DNA from: Lama guanicoe
Taxonomy: Eukaryota
Assembly: GCA_013239625.1 (NCBI GenBank)
Contig: MU053652.1
Span: 9,216,507 to 9,280,506, forward strand
Direction: 5' to 3'
Length of the DNA: 64,000 nucleotides
Of the stretch, positions 39,815 through 53,610 are shown in pieces. The translations under genes were made by a program, and so were the position numbers. The notes beneath the pieces are model-generated. The model made no database searches. It was not told where the DNA came from and saw only the letters and a program-made list of their open reading frames with translations. Every line of letters begins with the position of its first letter. The first letter of the stretch is position 1.

Positions 39815-40020
39815 TTTGACAATAACTGACATATTTGGTTAGAGCTTGACATGACCAAGACCAGAGTCACTGGTTTAATTCTCATGCCAGCCGTTACCTT
39901 CTCCGTGTTCTGTACCCGAAGACTGAATATCTGACTTTGGTTATCATTTTGAGACTGGGCAGACACGTGTTCTAAATCCACTTTAAAGAAGAGCATATAA
40001 CCTTCAAATGGTGACCCAGT
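39815..40020 (+). mobile_element. MamSINE1-like ancient tRNA-derived SINE
   Basis: A-box-like ttggttagagc and decayed B-box ggtttaattctc, followed by gccgttaccttctccgtgttctg...agactg...gagactgggcaga...aaatcca...agcatataacc...atggtgacccagt, colinear with the recalled MamSINE1 consensus. Confidence 0.6.
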
Positions 40021-43000
40021 TTACTTCATTACACATTTGAAAAAGAAAAGTGTATGACACTTAAGTTACCTTTAATCTTGTGAACTTTACAGGTTAGAAA
40101 GTTAATATATATGAGATAAATTAGACTGCTGCAATACGCTAATTTATATATATTTTAAAACACCTTGACCTCAGGCCTTTCTAGATTGTAATTAATGTAT
40201 AAACACTCAAAATCATGAGAGAATCAAAGCTATTTTCTAATCACTGAAAATACTCTTTTAAACCTACGATTAAATTAAACCATGTGAAAAGTTAGACAGA
40301 CACTGAGATCACTCTTTAATGTATGGTCTTGGTCCATTACCAACAAAATGTAAAATCATTTAGCATCTACATACCTCCTAATAAAAGAATGGGAGACTTC
40401 AGGTTTTCATTCATAAAATATGTTTTTAGTTGTTCAGCCAGATATAATAATGGAAAATAAATGTCTTGGAATTATTTTCCATATTTAATTCATTTTGAAC
40501 ACATGTAAGCTGTTTGTTACGATGGGTCGTTCTTTAGTACAACTAATGATATTTTTAACAAATGTGTCACTCTGCTTAAAAATTATTTTTAGACCTGTCA
40601 CTCTACATTTAATAATGGCAAAATAATGTTATCCCAATTTTGCATTAATGTAATTAATATTTGTGAATAAAGTTATGTAACATTTTCGTCTTTCTTTCAT
40701 CCTTTTATTGAATAGTCAGTCATATTCTTAGCTGTCAATGAAACTGAACCCCTGTGAAGAGTGGTAAACAAATAAGGACTCATTGAAGTATGAACTTCTA
40801 ATACCTGCATTAGAGAATTAAAACTAGGAAATCATCTTTGGGAAAAATCTCTCTACAAACATAATATAGAAGTATGTTATTACATCAAATTGTCACCTTA
40901 AAAATATAGAAACAATATCTTATATGCATACAGATACAACTCAAGTTTAACTCCCAAAAGTATGGATTATACACTTCATTTTCACTAGTGAGTAAAACCT
41001 ACAAATTCACTACTTTTATTGATATCAGGAAATGAAGAGCAAGCAAGCTACTCTCTAGATGCCATTCAGCCAACAAATGTCTCTGATGTGCTGTGACAAG
41101 TGTTGTCAAAACCCTCTGCCATGCCCCACGCCCCACCCAAGACCTCCCCTTGAAAGGGAGGGAAAATGCCAACCACTTACAACACCTTCAAATCAAACTC
41201 AGTTTTTGAAACTTGATATTAAGTTAGGTACCCAACAAACAACAACAATGTTCAACTTAATTATAATTACCTTATAAGCCACGCAGCTTAATTTGAACTT
41301 ATGGAAGCCCACCTCATGACACTGTATCTAAAATATTGTACTGTATTTCAGACTGCTGGGATAGAGACTAGGTTGAACAAAATGGACAACAGTTTACTGA
41401 AAAACAAAACTTCTTTCATTTAAACTCCAGTGCACTAGGGAAAAGACAATCCACATAATTTTATAAATACACTGCTATTAAATATAAAAATGCATAAACA
41501 TGTTGTATATCAGGGAGTGATTAATACTTATCCAGATGCTTCCTTAAGTCTGAAATTTATGTTTTGGATGTAAAGCTTCACAAGACAGAAAACATTCCAG
41601 ACTTAATCTTTTAAGCTCTGATATAGTATTTAGTCAATCACAGACCCTGTGCTTTTGGAATAATTGCTTCCTTTAAATAGAGGAAAAGCCCTTTTAAAGC
41701 TGTAATTACCAGGCTAACTTCTAAGACTAGAGATTCAGCAAAGAAGTTTCCTAGAAAAAAGCACCAGTGAAACATTACGGTGAGGACAGAGAGTGTTACT
41801 GTATATACAGAGAACCAGTTTTTTTTTTTTGAGAAGCAACGTCTTATGGAGTCAAGATCCTTGTGCCCTCTGTGTAGCAGAGGTAATTGAAATAGGAAGG
41901 AAAACTCTTGTACTATGATCAGCATCTCTTATAAACTTGGCTACAAATCTAGGAGAGGGGCACAACAGGGTGATGGAGAAAGAATGAAAAGGAGAGGTAG
42001 TGATAGAAGAACTACCAGAAAAACGCTGCCGATTCACTTGTGGTAGGACTACATAGAAAAGGTAAAGTATTTTCAAAGCAGGTCTTGATGTGAGTTCATA
42101 ACACAGACTCTTGTTTTTCTTCACACTTTGTGCGTGTGCGTGTGTGTGTAGAAACTAGAACAACGGAATTGCTGCACATCGCATATATTTGCAACTGTCA
42201 GCAAAACCTTAGATGTGAATCTTACGGCTGTCAATTTCCACTTCCTGCAGAAACCCCAGATCTTTCGAATGATTCTCATGTGCTAATCCCATATTCACAT
42301 GGCTCTGTCATAGGCTGAAGTCAGGAAGTGGGGAGAAGAACCCTTATGGTGAGCACTGTATAAGGCAGCTGTCCTTGGTAAGTCACCCTACGTCTCCCTG
42401 GTCCAGGACTCTCCTCGCAAAGGCCAGGAGGTACTCCGAGGGACGCGGGGGTGCTGGCTGACTGCTGTAGGATTTGCTCTCTTTCTATGCCCTGGGGAGG
42501 GTGTTGCCTCCAATTGTCGGGGGTTTTCCATAGAAGATGGAACTCTTAGGTACCTTGGTTTTCATCTAAGGACGAACATCAGCAATTCCAAGGCAAGAGG
42601 AAAGTCCTCCTCAGCATCCTATTGCAGAATTAAATTACCTGTAATTTCTTTGGTTAAATTAACGTGAAACGCATATCCTGAGGTTCAAATCAGTAAAAGG
42701 ACATTCAGAGTTTTAAAGATGGGGATAGACCTAAGTAAATAAAGTTTGCTTTAGAAAATTTTAACTAAATACACTGAACAACTTTAGTAGGCAGCAAAAA
42801 TGAAGCTGTTTGGCATCTACCAAAGTCAAACTAAGGACCCACCTATAATTATTGGGTCCATGTTAAAAATGAACTATGAGAGATTATGTATGTTGTTACT
42901 TTTCCAGGTAGTTGAGCAAAATTGCGCTTGCATGTATTAAAGTAGCCTTGACGTGAAAGTTACGTTTTCTATCCAGAGTCAAGTTCTCATTATCTTTAGA

Positions 43001-45739
43001 AACCAAACCATTAGTTCTGGAAGGTACAGAATTTATTCTCTCAAATTCTAGAAACTCTGGAAATCATCCTTTCAAACTTACTAGACAAAATTATCTGAGT
43101 ATCTTCTGACTACAAGGCCCATTAAAATTGTATTAATAAGAATTAAAATCCATTTCCTGCTTCAAGGGAATGGTGACACAGAGTTAAGATTATTTACTGT
43201 GTTAAAATGGAATAATAAAAATGTTAAGACTCCAAGTAATTATTATATTAATTATGGTCATGTAAGAAGAGGAAGTCAGCGCATAATGAAAAATATGATA
43301 CACAGTAAACATTCTCTAAAAGGTTGAAAACAAGGAATGAATAAATGAAATGAGCAAAAGAAATTAAATTCATGGATTTGCTAAAAGTTAATCTGATTAT
43401 ATATACAGGACTATGTTCTAGTCTGATGTATCACAAAACATAGTTGGTGTTTGGACCTTAAGAGTTTGAAAAAAAAAAGGCAAATCAAGTTAAAGACCTC
43501 CTTTGAATATAAATTACTTTTTTCTGTATTATTCTGTTAAATGAGTATGCCTTGGAGGTCTCACTGACAGATACCAAATAATTCCCCATTCTGGTTGAGC
43601 ACGTTTTGAGTGAGGGTGTGTGCTGATTTTGAACTTCCTTCCGGAGTAGAGGACAAAGGAATTGAAGAGACAAGGGAAGGTGAGCCATTTTTCAGGTGTC
43701 CCGCTCAAGAGGCTGGCTGCCAGCTGAGGCGACCGCAGAAGGAAAAGAGTGTGGAGAGGATCCCTGGTGGTGAGGTCTGAGATGGGAGGAAGATGGCAGT
43801 CTAGAACGAGGTCTCCTGTGCCAGGGGTCTGTGCCTTGGGGGTGCCTCTGGGGCTTGTGCAAAGAGAACAAACACACACATGACCCCACCCATGGAGGGG
43901 ATTAACCAGAAAATGAGCGATGACTGAAAGTAATCTTTTCTTTTTCTTTCCTTCATGACTGCCAAATGAGAGGAGCATTTAAGAGAGGAGGGGAAGGAGC
44001 CAAATGGCAGATTAAGCCTCTGTGCTCCAGGCTTTTCAGGCCTGAGCTAAGGAATGGATAAAAGATGGGGTTTGAGTTGAATCTGTGATTGATTTTTTAA
44101 ACAGAAACGGACTTTTAAAAACCAAAAGTGAGCAGAAAGTTGTCGAACCTGCTGAGGATGCCATCACATGATGGAGGAATCTGACCTCACCTGGATGGAC
44201 ACCATGACTGGGGCAAAAATTAAAAAGTGCTCATACTTATTTCACTGAGTTGATGATCCTCATCAACAAATAGTTGAGTGAATAGTTACCAGTTTACTCA
44301 AAAATGAACAACAGAACCCAGGTTTTCCTTCCCCTTGCCTTAAAATCCAGCAACCTTTAACCAAAGCAGAAAAATCAAGTGCTTTAAACAACAGAAGTCT
44401 ATAGTAAAGTTAATCTCTACCACGTTTTATGGTTAAAAAATAAACATGACAACAGCTTTTTAAGTCAATAAATTACATTGCCATTGGTAAGTTGGAACTA
44501 GAGAATTCCTAGCAAATTTGTACCTAGCAGGAAGAAAAAATGCATTTCTATCAAATTAAATACGTTAATTTTTGAAATCAGCATAGAATACGTTATGTGA
44601 TCCTTAACCACGAGGAGCAGTTGCCCAACCTTAACTAAGCGATGCTACAGTAATTAACATGGCATTAGCACCAGGTCTGCACAGCAGCAGTAGCCTCTGG
44701 AGGCGCCAGACCAGACAGGCTTGTTCTCCTCTGTATTCCCACTGCTCAGCCAGTGCCTGTCACATAATAAGGACTCTGTACCGAAAGAATGTGAGAGCTT
44801 TCAACATAGGGAATTTGTGGTAGGCAGCTGTCGCCTCTGGTTTTTCTTTCTCCTACATTAAGAAGGAAACCTGCTGATTTTCTATATTATCCTACATGGC
44901 TACAGAATCCTGAAGAAACACAGAAAGCAATGTTCTAAGGTTTTTGCTTCACTTTGGGCATGCAAGGATGATATTACAAATAAATCTTTGGAAATGCATG
45001 AAATAAAAAAATAATATAACCATTTTCATGACACCGGATTATAACAGTGAAAGAAAATTCTGGATAACAAATTTCTGGGACAAAGGAATCCTTTGTGCTC
45101 TGACATGCATTTATGGAATAACTCCTAAAATCACTTCAGTAAATAAAGTCAAAGGCTAAGTAATCAATATTTTCTAAAAACGTGCTCCTGCAATAAAATG
45201 TCAAAGACTAATAATAAATAAATTCTGATTTGACTTGTTAAATATTTCCTTCATCAAATTTTAGAATATACTAACCAATAAAAGCATTTTTAGTAACTAT
45301 ATAATTCCATAATATCCACTGAATTATTTTAAAAGTGATCTATGTTTTATATTATATCCTGGAACAAACATGCAGAAAAAAATTTAAAATCTCATTGTTC
45401 TGTTTCCCCAACTAACACATCTTTTTTGGTAATAATATTTACCTAAATTTAGCTTTTACTACATTGCTTAGAAACTTTCCATTGGATTGCCTTAGTCCTA
45501 CTTTTAGTTTTTTCTCACTTTGAGTAAGTTGTGAATATGAAAATGAGATTCCTGGCACACATGTCTTTGCCTGAATTATGGAAGGCACTTCTTAAAATAT
45601 TGCTCTCTGTTACTACATTCATTCTCAAGAAGGAGACACTATCACTTAGAATCTAACAGCACTCACGCTGGTAAGTATCAGAAACAGAGACTGGGGCACA
45701 CACATAGGGACACATAACTACTGAGATCCACTCTTTCTT

Positions 45740-45935
45740 GGGGGCTCAGAAACTAAAGCAAGCTCTCCTACTTACCAACTACATGACATTGGGCAAATTT
45801 TTTGACCGCTCCATACTCCACTGCATTTGTAAAGTGGCTATAACAAACCTCATGGGGTTGTTGTTCCAGTTAAATTACATAAAATTACATGGAAAAACAT
45901 TTGGCACACAGGTGCCTGGCACACAGGTCATGTAC
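45740..45935 (+). mobile_element. MIR SINE
   Basis: cttaccaactacatgacattgggcaaatt...catttgtaaagtgg...cctcatggggttgttg...gtgcctggcacacag. Confidence 0.8.
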
Positions 45936-48532
45936 AAGGAACAGTGGTCTTTGTGCTTCATAATAGACTTTCCATCATCTTCATTTTGTTCCCCAAACGC
46001 TGATTACAGCACCGAACAAAAAATGCATAAACACAGCTTCTCGCTCCAGGCATGTCCATATGTTCCTATGCCCTTCTACAAATGTAAAGATTTAAAGCAG
46101 GCAGGGAGAGGCACCTGAATGAATTGGGGCAACGTGATTTACCCTTATTCATATCCCAGAATGAACCAATAGGGCAAGGCTATTTGTTGGTTTTTTTCTA
46201 TTAGCAGATACAGATCCTCAAGACCTCGCTGCCAATTCAACACACTCACATGCTCCCTGGTGAGCTAGTCTTTGGCATCAAAGAGTTCACAGATTGGACG
46301 GGCAGCGAAATGTGTGAACAATTACCATACTATGGATGCAAGCAATGAGAGACACATCCAGACAATATGATTTCACGGCAGAGCGGCTCTCCCTGGAAAG
46401 ATAAGTCAGAGATAAGGTGAGGCTTGTGTTCTGTCCTGGAGGGTGAGAGGCCTCTCCTGGGTTGACTGATTTCCTGAGTCACTAGGGCTTTGACCCTAGG
46501 TCACAGTTATGACTCTGTCCTTGGCATCTAATTTCGGTTCACTCTTTCTATTAAGCTTCTCTCTGGTCATGTTTCTTACTTCTTTCCAGCTCCCAGACTT
46601 GATCTCTCCACTGTGAAAACCAAATATGATTCCTGACACCTGTATCTTAGGTTTCAACATCCGCTCTTGTGTCCTGTCCTGCCTCAGTCCGAGGCGGACT
46701 TAACCTCGCTCAGACTTGGGTCGGGAGAGTGCCTATTGACTGGGCCAGAATTTCCTTCGGGAAATGGATCTGGGTCTGTTCCAAGAGCAGGGCAGGCCCT
46801 GACATTTCCCCACCGAGAACACAGTTATCATTGCTATTACACAACCAGGTCCTGAGTCACAAATGATAGTTCCAGAATTTCCTGTACTTTAAAAACTCTC
46901 TTTTGCTCCAGGCTCCAAGCTGGGTGTTGAACAATTCATAGAGGCACGCTCAGTCTTTACTCTCCATGTAACCTGCCTCAGGGCACCTGTCAGGCTCCCC
47001 AGTCCCGGCCTGGCCTGCTCGGAGCAGCAGAGCCTTCCCATCAGCTCTGGTCCTGGCAAGGGCTTGAGGCCTGGGTCTCCCCATGTGCCCGGTCCACAGC
47101 CACCCACCCTCTCCCAGCCTCAGCTCTAACTCCCAAGAACGCCAGGATCCAAGCTTTCTCGGGAGGGAGATAAAATCTGAAAGAGACCAGATAAAGTTCC
47201 TAAGTGATCGTTCTGTTCAAATAAAATCCAAGCTTTCAGTAAATGTAAAGATAAGAAAAAAATTAAAAAACTATGATAACATAAAAAATCAGATACAAAC
47301 TTGTACAGATGGCAGAATTTATCTTTCGTATTTCAGAGTGTCAAACATAAAAACAGTAAGCATATAATGAAGCCAGAAATATGCAGAAAATCTATTTGAG
47401 AGATCTGGAAATCATACATGAATAAATCGCCAAGGATTAGAAGTTAGAGATATTTTGAGTCATGGCTGAAAATAAATGAATCCACTTGAATTGGGACGTG
47501 AATCCCAGTGCCTGGCAGGATTGGCAAAGAAGAGGAAGAAAATGGAGACACGATCCCGTAACTTTTGTTTCAGTCCAATGAAGCTCTTAGTCGTTAGGAA
47601 GCTGTTAGTCCAACGAAGAAGGCAGTTAGTTTTGGAACTAAGAAGTTTTTAATACCCTGGAACTTTAATGTTAAGACAGACTGGGGGGGTGGAGGGAGGA
47701 AAACAGCGATGGTAGGTTTTTAATTAAGGAAAATTTCAAATATAATTTGAGGCTTTATGATAATAAATAAACAGAAATAGTAGACAGGATTTGCTGGGTT
47801 CTCTATGTAGTGACACATATCAACTCGTCATGCACTCCCATCATTAACTCTTCTGTTTTCTGCCTTCTTTAAAAGGCAGAATTCTCAGTTTATTCGAAAG
47901 AAACACGATCAAGATTATTCCTTCATCTACTCAAAGTAAGTGCAGTAACGGAAATGAATTTGCCACTATTCTTGCAGGAAAGAGCAATACTTTTTTTTTT
48001 TTTCAGTCAGTAGGGGTTGACAACAAACTTCAACTTCTCATGCTCTAGAACATGCTATCTGAATATAACAAGAAGATACCTATTATTTACACTCTAGTTA
48101 TGCAAAACAGCAGGTGAAAGGCTTCCAAGAAATTCCTTTAATAGCAGAGATACCTTCTGAATTGTATGCAGCACCATTTGTGGAGTGGAGAAACTTCTAC
48201 GTCCTGCCTCTTCTGGGTTCTCTTATACTGACACCATGCCTAGAACGTGAGACAGGCCATCCAACTCCTCCACGGTTAGAAGAGAGCTTCGCTGAAGGGA
48301 ATTCAGGGAGTGCGGTGAGATTGCTGAAGGCTGCACACATTCTTGGGTGTCTCCAAATGCTTCTATGGTTTATTGTTTCAGCACCAGAAAGGCTCATACT
48401 TTCCCTCTATACATTTTCAAGTATCACTTTCTGCTACGACAGACTGAACTATACCACCAATGGATGTGACTTTCCTACTTTACTGGGAAAGAATTCCTCT
48501 TCATTTTCTCCTTCCTATACTTCCTTCTCCTC

Positions 48533-48556
48533 CAATTCCTCCTCCTCCTCCTCTTC
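48533..48556. repeat. (TCC)n short tandem repeat
   Basis: ttcctcctcctcctcctcttc. Confidence 0.85.
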
Positions 48557-49253
48557 TTTACTTAAACTAGGTCAACCAATGGACCATTATAATATCATAA
48601 GATTTTAGGGAAAATAATGAGTGCTCAGAACCCGAGATAAATGATTGAATGAGAATGAATACATGAGATGGACCACTGCCTGACACACCACTACGCTCCT
48701 TGGTGTTTCTGGCCACCACAATCATTTAGTGTTTCTTGATCACCTGCTCTTTTTGCCCATGGAGAGTAAATATAGCCACTGCACACTGCTTTGGGAAAGA
48801 GGCAGAGAAGGTTGTTGTGCACGGCTCTAGGTGGAGAAGTGCTGTGAGACAACAGGAAGACCACGGCACAGGTGTCCTTCTTAGTTGGGAAAGTGAACAC
48901 CACCTTCCAGGTGCTGAAAGGGAGGGTTCCTGGTGAAATATGGGCATTAAGACTGGCAGTGACACAGAGGACAGACTAGCCAACCAGACAGCACTGTGCT
49001 CCAGGCTCTGGGGACAGAGGAATGCACAGAGGGAGGGAGACCAGTGACAAATGTCCATACTTCTGAAAGCACCATGGCAGCGGGAAGCCTGAAACCAAAC
49101 GCATCAATGCACGAAACTCAAGATTCTGGTTTCTGAAGAATCATGTTACATGTTTTCCCCAAAAAGATTAGTTCTTTGATATCTAAGCTAAGATGAATTT
49201 ATGTTAAACCTGAACTCCAACCACTATCATGAATAAAGCCATTTACACTGAAA

Positions 49254-49605
49254 GGTATAGGGATTAAAAGCAGAGGCTTTGGAATCAGCAGACCTGGGTT
49301 CAAATCTTAGCTCTGCCACTTTCCAGTTGTAACTTTAAGGAAGCTGAAAGATGAATAAGGAGTTGAACAAAGAACAAGGTCCGACTGTATTGCACAGGAG
49401 CCACATTCAATACCTTGTAATGGCCTATAATGAAAAAGAACATGAAAAGGAATATATATATATATTCCACTATGCTGTATATCAGAAATTAACACATTGC
49501 AAATTGACTATACTTCAATTAAAAAAAAGATGAACAACAATAATGTCTATTATAGCTTTATAATGATTATACGAGAAAATAAATATGAAGCATTTGGTAC
49601 CAGGA
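49254..49605 (+). mobile_element. MIR SINE interrupted by an L1 fragment
   Basis: ggctttggaatcagcagacctgggttcaaatcttagctctgccactt on the left, with a degenerate MIR 3' part after 49537. Confidence 0.75.
49359..49525 (+). mobile_element. 5'-truncated artiodactyl-type L1 3' end with 12-bp TSD
   Basis: aacaaggtccgactgtattgcacagg...ctataatgaaaaagaa...tatacttcaattaaaa, flanked by aaagatgaataa (49347-49358) and aaagatgaacaa (49526-49537). Confidence 0.85.
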
Positions 49606-51373
49606 ATATCTCAACAAATTACTATTAATAATGAAAATACTAACCAAGCAAGTGTCTCTCTTCACAGAGGCAGTGCTGATTATTAAATAAACCCACTGCT
49701 AACCTAGAGATTAAAGTTAACTTCAATGGAGGGAAAAATAGATTGGAGTCATAGATACACAGCAATGGAAAATATCCCATCCCAGAGAGTCTGCTGCCTC
49801 AATCCCTCAAAAGTATTCCACTCTGTATTTACACCAGTTACACCCTCATTGGATAATGAAACTTCTTAAAATGTACATTTGTCCATGTTAATTTTGGTCC
49901 TTTACAGTCCAGCATGAATTACTTTGATCAGATAAAGCAGTGAAGAAATATGTAACTGAGTAGCAAGGAGATTTGACTGGGAAAAGAAGCAGAACTGCTG
50001 ACTAATTAGGGAGCTTCCTTGACAAGGAGGAGGACCCAGAAAAGGTGCAGAAGGAGTGGACCAGTCTTCCAAGTGCAGCCTGACATACTATGTATCTGGG
50101 GAGGGTGGGTGAACACATCAAGGAGGGGGTAAGATGTTAAGCAAATCTCCTTTTCTTTGAGATTTTCCTGGGTGTCTGAAAGGCCCAGTCTTTTGTATTT
50201 CATTGACAATTATCTTCTTAAACCATTAACAGACTGTAGGTTGCCAATGTCTTTCATATCCTTTTCTCATAAGGCCAGCCTGAGTCATCTCGAGGACTCT
50301 CAGATGATCTTTTTAGATGAAGAGATCTTTATTTCTGAGATCAACAGTGTCTAACACTAGAAGATTCATAAAAGTGTAGCAATAGTTAAAATATAACAAC
50401 TTTATACCCTAAGCCTTCACCACAACATGTGGTTTATAAAAAAATCTCTACTCTTCAGTATTTGACATTTCTTTTAAAATATTATCATTTTATAACTCTC
50501 TCAATAAATGTCTAAAAAAAAAAAGAATTGCTATTTTTGGTGCAAGTGGTCTGCAAGAATTCTAATCAGCTTATGGGATCAACCCCACCCAACATTTGTC
50601 AACCTCCTAGGTGTCCTCATTTTCTTATACTAGAACCCCACTGTCTCCAGACACGTATATAATGATTATCTCACATCTGTAGGACTTGACGGGGGGCAAA
50701 AACAGGACTAGGAAAGAGCAGAAAGGAGAGACGGGTCTTATTTATTTTTCTCATTGAGTCACAGCCAGATTTTTTAGGCCAACGTCTATTTTGGGGGGCT
50801 CTAAAATGAAGGATGAATCCTCTGCTTTAGAATGGAAACAACATATCTGTTCTAAATTTGGATCTCAAAATAGCTAAAGATATTTAAATAAAAGAGAGAA
50901 CCAATTTATGCAAATAAAACCTCTCAGAGAACGTATGTCACATGGGTCCCCCACATTTTAGGAGGGGGATCATTATTTTTAAAATTAGGGTGATATCTTC
51001 ACAGAAGAGTTAACAATCACGACATTTAAGGTATTTTTCACTTCTAAAGTCTACTCACTTTCAGAGTGATAAATCCCAGAATAATTGCACAAGCTACATG
51101 GGACAAAAACAATGAACATAAGCAGTACATTATGAAGTGCAAACTACATCACTGACTTTGGAAGCGAGCAAGCCATCAGTCTGGCCTGATGAGGAAAAGA
51201 AAAATAAACTCGGTTCTTTGAGCCGCATCTTCCCTGGCAGTTTCTTCCACATGAAATCAACCTATATTCTAACTAATACAGCAATTTAAAATGATGATGT
51301 TTAATGACATGGCAAACTCCTGTATTTTAAATTCAAAAGGCAGACCACCAAACCATTAGTAGAAGGCAATTAT

Positions 51374-51430
51374 GCTCGCTCGCTCTCTCTCTCTCTGTGG
51401 GTGTCTCTCTCTCTCTCTTTCTCTCTCTCC
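51374..51430. repeat. Interrupted (CT)n microsatellite
   Basis: gctcgctcgctctctctctctctgtgggtgtctctctctctctctttctctctct. Confidence 0.9.
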
Positions 51431-51742
51431 CCGGTCCCCTCTCTCCCTTTCTTTGTGGGTGATGTGTGCATATGTTCTTAAAAAAATGTGAGGAAATTGG
51501 TAGACTGAAACGTTAAAAAATATATTTATCTCGGATGGAATTATGGGTGAGATTTATTTTTACATATTTTATGTAAAATTTCTGAATATTTGTAATGACT
51601 GTGTATAATGATATAATAGTGAAGTTGAAAGGTTACTACCTTTTAAAAAGTCTTGAATTATTACTATCTCTATTTTGGGACAAATCCCAAATGCCTTATC
51701 AGAAAGATTGGATTTTCTTAAAGTTGTTGCATGAAATTTACA

Positions 51743-51743
<1 letters not shown>

Positions 51744-51773
<30 letters not shown>
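51744..51773. repeat. (AC)15 microsatellite
   Basis: Perfect AC run. Confidence 0.97.
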
Positions 51774-51776
<3 letters not shown>

Positions 51777-52504
51777 AGAAATGCTTGCAGAACTCTAAGA
51801 TATACAGGGCAAGATAAGTTTGCCCTTTAAATGGTGAAACAGATAAGCCAAATTTAATACTTCTGAAAGAATCATGTTAAATATTACAGTTGCAAATACA
51901 CAGTTTTAATGTATTTAATTATTTTCACTATGGATGGAGACAAAGTGGTACGCTCTGTAGGTCTAATGTGTCCACCAGTGAGAAGTCTGTGTCCCTTCCT
52001 CTCACCAGACAGGCTCTGCATTTTGAAGAAAGCAGAGTACTGCTCCACTCCCACCACCCCTGCCTTTTAATTTTGGCAGCCATTAAATATGCCCGTTCTG
52101 GCAGAAAAAAATAGTTGCCTTGGGTGAAATGCTCCACTTTTCTCAGTAACACTCAATGCTATAACATAAAAAAGCAGAGCCCACACATTTTGTAAGAAAA
52201 AAAGGTTGTGACCAAATAATTTTATGTCCATCCAGGTTGTCTTTCACATGTGAAGAAGAAAAAGATTTTAATTTGTCTTGGTACAGAAAACAGGTCACCT
52301 AAGTAGCCTTTAAACAATTATTTCAAGGAATAATCCAACCAAGAAAGATAACATTCTGGTATAAAACAACATTCTGTAAGCTCTAAGGCATAAAAAGCTA
52401 CCCAGATATATATATATAACAGCTGGTTGCTGAACTAATAATAAATATCCAAAGAAAATATAAAAAAGTAATAATAGCAATGTTCTTTATTTAAGTTAAC
52501 AAAA

Positions 52505-53105
52505 CTGGGTGTGGGGGGAGGAGAGAAATAGGTGAGGGAGATTAAGAGGTACAAACTTCCAGTTACAAAATAAGTGAGTCAGGGGTGTGAAACATACAGT
52601 GCGGGGAAGACAGTCACTAATTATGTAATATCTTTGTATGATGACAGATAGACTTATCATGATGATCATTTTGAAATGCATTGAAATACTGAATCACTAT
52701 GCTGTGTACTAGAAACTACCACAGTGTTGCAGGTCATTTATACTTCAAAAACAACCAACCAAACAAACTTACAGAAAAAGAGATCAGGTTTGTGGCTGGA
52801 GGAAGGGGAGTTGGAGGAAGGCAGTCAAAAGGTACAAACTTCCAGTGATAAGACAATTAAGTACTAGGACGGTAATGTATAACCTGATAAACATAATTAA
52901 CATTGCTGTATGTCATACATGAAAGTTAAGAGAGTAAGTGTTAAGAGCTCTTATCACAAGAAAAACTATTTTACCCATTTCTTTAATTCTGTATTTTATA
53001 TGAGATGATGGATGTTCACTAACCTTATTGGGGTAATCATTTCATAATGTATGTAAGCCAAACCACTAAGCTGTACACCTTAAAATTCATTAAAAATAAA
53101 ATAAG
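52505..53105 (+). mobile_element. L1 3'-UTR (L1MA9/laurasiatherian type) with an internally duplicated module
   Basis: aggtacaaacttccagt occurs twice (about 52547 and 52830). The element ends gctgtacaccttaaaattcattaaaaataaaataa. Confidence 0.85.
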
Positions 53106-53329
53106 CAATCTGTATGTACATTACCAAGTAACAGTAACAGAAAAGTTGGGGGAAGCTGGTTGGAGGAGAGTAAAGCATTTCATGTCTGCTGTAGTGAAGA
53201 ACTCAGAGAAATAATTTCCTTCTTGATAATCAGAGAAAAGCAAAGCTTTAAAGTATTCTATTAATGGCAAGAAGAATTAGAAATATGACCAAGAAAAAAA
53301 TAAATGAGAAGACTAGACAACGCATAAAG

Positions 53330-53610
53330 TAAAAACCAGAGAGTATGCAAAACAACTAGGGTGTATAAATATGAAATCATAAAACAAGATGAATAAATGT
53401 TGAAAAAAATATGCTAAGGTTTCAGATAAAGCCAAAGATTGACTATATGATGCTTCAGGGGTCATTTAATGAAAAGTAACAAGAAACGTCAAGATTAACA
53501 AGAAAGCTTACAATACTCATGGCAACACAAACCAAGGAAAGACATGGTGATATGAGCCAAAATAGAATTCAAAGAAATCAAACTAAAAAAGCATAAAGGA
53601 GGTTGTTTTA
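53330..53610 (+). mobile_element. Old L1M ORF2 endonuclease-region remnant
   Basis: actatatgatgcttcagg...catggcaacacaaaccaaggaaag...aaatagaattcaaag...cataaaggaggttgttttat. Confidence 0.5.

Noticed and set aside
48114..48608. 164-aa ORF with a serine-rich tail
   Set aside because: GTG start, the Ser run is a (TCC)n repeat, and there is no recognisable homology.
51186..51205. CTGATGAG...GAAA resembling a hammerhead ribozyme core
   Set aside because: No stem II can form between the motifs, and no flanking stems I or III were seen.
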